Positions 62,345-64,000 of a DNA stretch of 64,000 nt are shown here, in pieces. The stretch's first letter is position 1. Each line of letters starts with the position of its first letter. Position numbers and translations under genes: made by a program. The DNA is from an uncultured Chloroflexia bacterium (GTDB lineage: Bacteria; Chloroflexota; Limnocylindria; Limnocylindrales; CSP1-4), in assembly GCA_963748625.1 (NCBI GenBank), contig CAVVJT010000010.1:608001-672000 (forward strand), given 5' to 3'. The notes under the pieces were generated by a model. The model made no database searches and had not been told where the DNA came from. It worked only from the letters and a program-made list of their open reading frames with translations.

Positions 62345-62420
62345 TGGAGCCGACGACGGGACTCGAACCCGGAACCGGCGGTTTACAAAACCGCTGCTCT
62401 ACCAATTGAGCTACGTCGGC
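62345..62420 (-). tRNA. tRNA-Thr (UGU)
   Basis: GCCGACGTAGCTCAATTGG, anticodon loop TT TGT AA, GGTTCGAGTCC, encoded CCA end. Confidence 0.97.
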
Positions 62421-62464
62421 ACGCGCGCACAGTCAAACAAGAGTAAGACCCTGCGAGCCGAGGA

Positions 62465-62493
62465 ATGATACGGCCCGCCGCCCGGGGCGTCAA
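62465..62493 (-). promoter_or_regulatory. Sigma70-type promoter for tRNA-Thr, tRNA-Thr and tuf
   Basis: TTGACG (62493-62488), 17 nt, TATCAT (62470-62465). Confidence 0.75.
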
Positions 62494-64000
62494 ACCTCGG
62501 AAGGCGGCTCCGGCTGCTCGGCGACGAGGTCGCCAACGGCCGGTCCCCCTGGCAACAGGTCGTCGTCGGGCAGCGGGGCGGAGGGCGGCGCCGGGTCGGC
62601 TTCGCGCTTGCGGGTCCGGGATGGCCGACGCGGAGCGGCTGGGGCCGGATCGGGCTCGATCGGCTCCGTGACGGGTGTCGCCGGGGCATCCGCCTGATCG
62701 GGAGGCATGGTGGACGCCTCCGCCTCCCCGGTCGTCGCGAGGCCATCGGCCGCTTCGGTCTCGGCCGGGTCGCCGGCAGGCCGTGGTGCCTCGTGCAGCC
62801 TTCGCTGCGCGGCAGCCTCGTAGAGCAGGATCGAGCCGGCGACCGCTGCGTTCAGGGACTCGATGCGTCCATGCATCGGGATGCGAACGAGCAGGTCGCA
62901 CCTGCGCCGGACCGCGGGTCCCAGGCCGCGCCCCTCGCTGCCCACAACAATGGCGATGGGTCCGCGAAGGTCGGCCTCGCGGGCGGTCAAAGCCGCATCA
63001 CCGTCCGCCCCCACGATGCGCAGGCCGCGGGCATGCAGATCTGCGAGCGCACCCGGAAGGTCGTCCACGGGAGCGAGGCGGAGGTGCTCGACGGCACCTG
63101 CGGACGCCTTCACCGCGGCCGGCGTGAGCGGCGCCTGACGGAAGGTCGGGAACACGGCACCGTGGACCCCCGATGCCTCGGCGCTGCGCAGCAGCGTGCC
63201 CACGTTCTGGGGGTCCTCGAGCGAGTCGAGGACGACCACCAGCGGGTCCTCGCCGCGCTCGAGCGCGGCCGCGAGGATGTCGTCCGTACCCGCCCAGCGG
63301 CGGGGGGCCACGACGAGCGCGATGCCCTGGTGGCCATCGAAGCCGGTCACCGCGGTCAGCGTGCCGCCCTCGACCTCCACGACCGGGATGCGGAGTGATG
63401 TCGCGTGGAGGACGAGCTTCTCGAGCGCGTGGCGCCGCTGGGGAACCACGAGCAGGCGCTTGGCCTCGCGGCGAGCGACGAATGCCTCCTCCACGGGGCG
63501 GCGACCGGCGACCAGCTCCTCGTCCTCTGCCAGGCGCAGGACAGGATCCGCGGGCCGAGTCGGTCGGGCGTCATAGCGGGGACCGCGCATCGGGGGCCTG
63601 CCTTGACCAGGGTACGGGCGGTGGCCCGGGTGCTGGCCGCGGTCGTCGTGGCGCGGGGCGCGGTCGTCGTGGCGCGGGGCGCGGTCGTCGTGGCGCGGGC
63701 CGCGGTCGTCGTGGCGCGGGGCGCGGTCGTCGTGGCGCGGGGCGCGGTCGTCGTACCCCGGGCGCGGGGCGTCGTGGCGCGGGGCGCGGTCGTCGTACCC
63801 CGGGCGCGGGGCGTCGTGGCGCGGGGTGCGGTCGTCGTACCCCGGGCGCGGGGCGTCGTGGCGCGGGGCGCGGTCGTCGTACCCCGGGCGCGGGGCGTCG
63901 TGGCGCGGGGCGTCGTGGCGCGGGGCGTCGTGGCGCGGGGCTCGGTCGTCGTACCCCGGGCGCGGGGCGTCGTGGCGCGGGGCGTCGTGGCGCGGTCCGC
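62490..64000 (-). CDS. rlmB: 23S rRNA Gm2251 2'-O-methyltransferase with a long low-complexity N-terminal arm; 5' truncated
   Basis: GRRPVEEA, HQGI, LEDPQNVGTLLRSA, GSEGRGL, SLNAAVA (SPOUT). The frame stays open upstream of ATG 63590 to the window edge. Confidence 0.93.
   Translation of the reverse strand, partial: GPRHDAPRHDAPRPGYDDRAPRHDAPRHDAPRHDAPRPGYDDRAPRHDAPRPGYDDRTPRHDAPRPGYDDRAPRHDAPRPGYDDRAPRHDDRAPRHDDRGPRHDDRAPRHDDRAPRHDDRGQHPGHRPYPGQGRPPMRGPRYDARPTRPADPVLRLAEDEELVAGRRPVEEAFVARREAKRLLVVPQRRHALEKLVLHATSLRIPVVEVEGGTLTAVTGFDGHQGIALVVAPRRWAGTDDILAAALERGEDPLVVVLDSLEDPQNVGTLLRSAEASGVHGAVFPTFRQAPLTPAAVKASAGAVEHLRLAPVDDLPGALADLHARGLRIVGADGDAALTAREADLRGPIAIVVGSEGRGLGPAVRRRCDLLVRIPMHGRIESLNAAVAGSILLYEAAAQRRLHEAPRPAGDPAETEAADGLATTGEAEASTMPPDQADAPATPVTEPIEPDPAPAAPRRPSRTRKREADPAPPSAPLPDDDLLPGGPAVGDLVAEQPEPPSEV
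63638..63996. repeat. In-frame nested tandem repeats (21-, 15- and 42-bp units) encoding PRHDDRA, PRHDA and PRPGYDDRA
   Basis: Repeated gcggtcgtcgtggcgcggggc, gcgtcgtggcgcggg and ggtcgtcgtaccccggg blocks. Confidence 0.95.

Noticed and set aside
63638-63996. CRISPR array
   Set aside because: Repeats are contiguous, multiples of 3 nt and in frame with rlmB; there are no unique spacers or cas genes.

Overview
High-GC bacterial chromosome segment, most consistent with Chloroflexota (inferred from the RpoC start [17 protein letters not shown], the S10 loop [10 protein letters not shown], the S12 insertion and gene order). From about 5.2 kb to the window end every credible gene is on the minus strand, forming a ~59 kb housekeeping array. 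In transcription order: rlmB, tRNA-Thr(UGU), tRNA-Thr(GGU), tuf, rpmG, tRNA-Trp, secE, nusG, rplKAJL, rpoBC, the str/S10/spc/alpha ribosomal clusters, truA, rplM, rpsI, argF, a TPR protein, cdaA-cdaR-glmM-glmS, acpS, nnrD, alr, a four-gene uncharacterised block, tsaE-tsaB-rimI-tsaD, rsmA, ispE, ridA, glmU and a CNNM/CorB transporter. The first 5 kb carry an NHL-repeat/alpha-beta-hydrolase fusion, a GT2 glycosyltransferase, a short-chain polyprenyl synthase and an unannotated 51-aa membrane microprotein. No mobile element, CRISPR array or rRNA was seen. The best candidate for an undescribed system is the block between alr and tsaE: a degenerate macrodomain, a small helical protein, an orphan GlmL/MutL-like actin-fold protein and a barrel-sandwich-hybrid/KOW protein. 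Other points of interest are the TPR gene coupled to the c-di-AMP cyclase, substitutions at antibiotic-target residues (RpoB H526S, S12 G91S, L11 P26T), two apparently identical tuf copies, a probable 1-nt frameshift in cdaR and a long repeat-encoded disordered arm on RlmB. All family calls are from motif recognition by eye; no searches were run.
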